A stretch of DNA of 63,265 nt, counting the filler, from Globobulimina sp. (Eukaryota), in NCBI GenBank assembly GCA_003354225.1. It is 54 parts of 54 records of this genome, joined end to end, with 100 filler letters (N's around TTAATTAATTAA, not from the genome) between each part and the next. Parts side by side here need not be neighbours in the genome. Positions count along the whole stretch, not along the records: positions 61,022 to 62,093 come from PIVH01024270.1; positions 62,194 to 63,265 come from PIVH01024271.1; 52 more parts are not named here. The stretch is one strand, 5' to 3'. The notes under the pieces are model-generated. The model ran no database searches and was not told the origin of the DNA. It saw only the letters and a program-made list of their open reading frames with translations. Each line of letters begins with the position of its first letter. Position 1 is the stretch's first letter. Shown here in pieces: positions 61,135 through 63,265 of this stretch. Made by a program: the position numbers and the translations under genes.

Positions 61135-61420
61135 AACGTTATCACATGAAGTCCCTCCAATCCTTCCTCATCCACATATCATATTGGTATGTTTAATAGA
61201 CAACATAACATCACACAATGTTCCAAATAATGAAATTTTGGTGGCATATTAATGTTTGTATTAATTTCTTTCTTTAATTCCAACCATTTTGAACGTAATG
61301 TATGTAATAAAATTTTCGCTTCTTGGCATTCTTCAGCAGTTAACAATGGTTTTGATTGAGATATGATTTGGAATATATTATTTAAAGTATATCAATAATA
61401 TCTTTTCGCGTCCATTGCAC
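61135..61420 (-). pseudogene. Degenerate Transib/Chapaev-like transposase C-terminus
   Basis: MPPKFHYLEHC..IPI*YVDEEGLEGLH fits the PKxHxxxH..G..EE/QGxExxH pattern. Confidence 0.45.
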
Positions 61421-61580
61421 ACTATTTTCTATTTTTTGCCTTTTCTTGCTCTGTAAAATTATTTAAAAATGAATAGAAACGCAATATATATATATTGTCT
61501 GACACTGTATACATACTCTCAACGCATAATTCATGATATTTCTTGCCAAGTCCCGCGAGATTCGGTGGAGTCAGTTCCTA

Positions 61581-61677
61581 TAGGCATTTTTGCTTTATCG
61601 TAAAAATCTATTTTGTAACGGAAAAAACTGTTTTTTCTCTTTAAAAACAGATTCTTACGATAAAGCAAAAATGCCTA
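61581..61677. repeat. Inverted repeat of about 30 bp
   Basis: TAGGCATTTTTGCTTTATCGTAA pairs with TTACGATAAAGCAAAAATGCCTA. Confidence 0.85.
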
Positions 61678-61899
61678 ATGGACGTACTGTCATAGTAAAT
61701 GCAGGGATATCGCGACTACGTTTCGTCATCTCGAAATTAATAGGTGATTGATACGACTTTACGTTTTTGAGACTAAAGGATGTTAAGCTAAAAATGTAGA
61801 TTTTGCTTCGAAAATATTCTAGAAAACATTATATAAGACACTTAGGTATCAAACTAGATCGGATAACAGTGGTTTTATTGTTCCACATAAAACAACGTA

Positions 61900-62093
61900 A
61901 GCACACAAATAATTTACAAAATAATGAATATGCAATAAATCAAAATGTAATCACAAAAACAGCTGAATCTGGGCATTGGAGAACTGTCTTTTTATCAAAG
62001 ATTGTAGATAATGGTAAATATGAATGGTCCTTTAAAATTAAAAAATTAAGTGGTTATAATGATGTTATGTTTGGTATTTGGAACAATAGCTAT
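61900..62093 (+). CDS. SPRY/B30.2-like domain fragment
   Basis: TVFLSKIVDNGKYEWSFKI..VMFGIW. Confidence 0.5.
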
Positions 62094-63265
62094 NNNNNNN
62101 NNNNNNNNNNNNNNNNNNNNNNNNNNNNNNNNNNNNNTTAATTAATTAANNNNNNNNNNNNNNNNNNNNNNNNNNNNNNNNNNNNNNNNNNNNTATATTC
62201 AATGTCTATCAGTTTCGATTTTATTTACAAAGGTTTTCTACTACATACTTGCATGCTATATGAGCTGCTTACAAATATTTCACTAATACATACACACTTT
62301 TGTGTCCATAGATAGATAATATAATTTTATTGTATTGTCCTCCAGTTTGTTGTACTTTTCTTTTGTCTGTTATTGCTTAATCACTTGCACATGCTTTTGT
62401 CCCTGGTCAGTTATTGTCATTTATTGTTACCCGGCACTCAGCCAATTTCTTATACTTTGGGACGCTTATTCTACTACTCACTAAATTACTGCCACTACAT
62501 TATATATTGCTCTTTAGTCTTCTCTCATATTCTTACATTCATCATATATGTTGTTGTTTCTTGTTTCTCTTGGTATTTGGTATGTCCGAGTTATGGTTAT
62601 AAATGTTATGGTAATAAATCATTTATGCATTTGCATTATGTTTCAATGCTAGGGCATATTTTGGAGAGAAGTGTGGTTATCTTGTAGGGCTTGACCCGAA
62701 AAGATAAATTTAACTTCTCTCCGAAATGTGCTAATCTGCCTCTCATACGTTTCACCAGCGGTCGCTGGCTCAGTAATATATTCAAGTCGGCCAGCCGACT
62801 ATATTTTGGGATTGTAAGCCACTCTGGTTTGTATGTGCTACAATAAAACGTTGCTTTATAGATTAGATTTCGTTCCCAGCCCACCCGCCCTATTGGCGAT
62901 TCTGTTTTTTGCACTTTTGCATTTTTTGCTATTGCAGTTTTCAGCTCTGGCGCCATCCTGTCATTACCATCCAGCTACATTCAATGGCGTCCATATCTCT
63001 TTCTGTTTTTTGCGGAACTGTCTAGTCATTTAGCTGCGGCGCCATCTTGCATGACTCCGTCTTTATTTACCAGCTGTTTCCTAACCATTCAACCTTCCGC
63101 CCTCTGCTTTTAGCCACTTCACTGAGCGAGGGAGCTGCCCAGGTTACCCGATTGACGCATGCATTTACATTTTCAGGTGACACACCATTATGGTGTAACA
63201 CAACTATTTTAGCCTATTTTAGAGTTAAGGGATTTTTAGATTTATTTAAAGGCAATTGCGTTACG

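Noticed and set aside
62636-62956. 106-aa minus-strand ORF
   Set aside because: No recognisable motif, upstream frames broken; no product can be supported
1-63265. Operon-like or multi-gene system spanning neighbouring ORFs
   Set aside because: Contigs are ordered by length; adjacency across spacers is meaningless

Overview
This window is not a contiguous genome. It is 54 short contigs (1074, 1073 or 1072 bp, sorted by length) joined by an artificial 100-bp spacer (44 N + TTAATTAATTAA + 44 N), so adjacency across a spacer carries no biological meaning. Most contigs are AT-rich eukaryotic gene fragments with short (45-94 bp) GT-AG introns. The gene repertoire suggests a rhizarian, foraminifer-like protist (inference): NRT2 nitrate transporter, soluble adenylate cyclase, RPA2, histone H1, MAPK, SNF2, CAP-Gly, SPIN90, and U2 and U6 snRNAs. 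Also present are many mobile elements (Polinton/Maverick, Gypsy, BEL/Pao, CR1-like LINE, Penelope, RNase H-bearing LINE, MULE, a TA-flanked TIR element, a Transib/Chapaev-like remnant) and bacterial fragments (MutS2, ObgE, RidA, a caspase-domain lipoprotein). Several contigs are chimeric or contain fold-back inversions, as expected from whole-genome amplification. Highlights missed by the ORF track: (1) an intact Polinton/adintovirus-type packaging ATPase whose Walker A motif is split by a 45-bp spliceosomal intron, head-to-head with a penton-like ORF; (2) a divergent U2-U6 snRNA gene pair; (3) a Gypsy pol-end/PPT/single LTR/PBS/gag junction; (4) a TA-targeting transposon end sitting at a methyltransferase SAM motif. 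All family calls come from motif recognition by eye, not from database searches.
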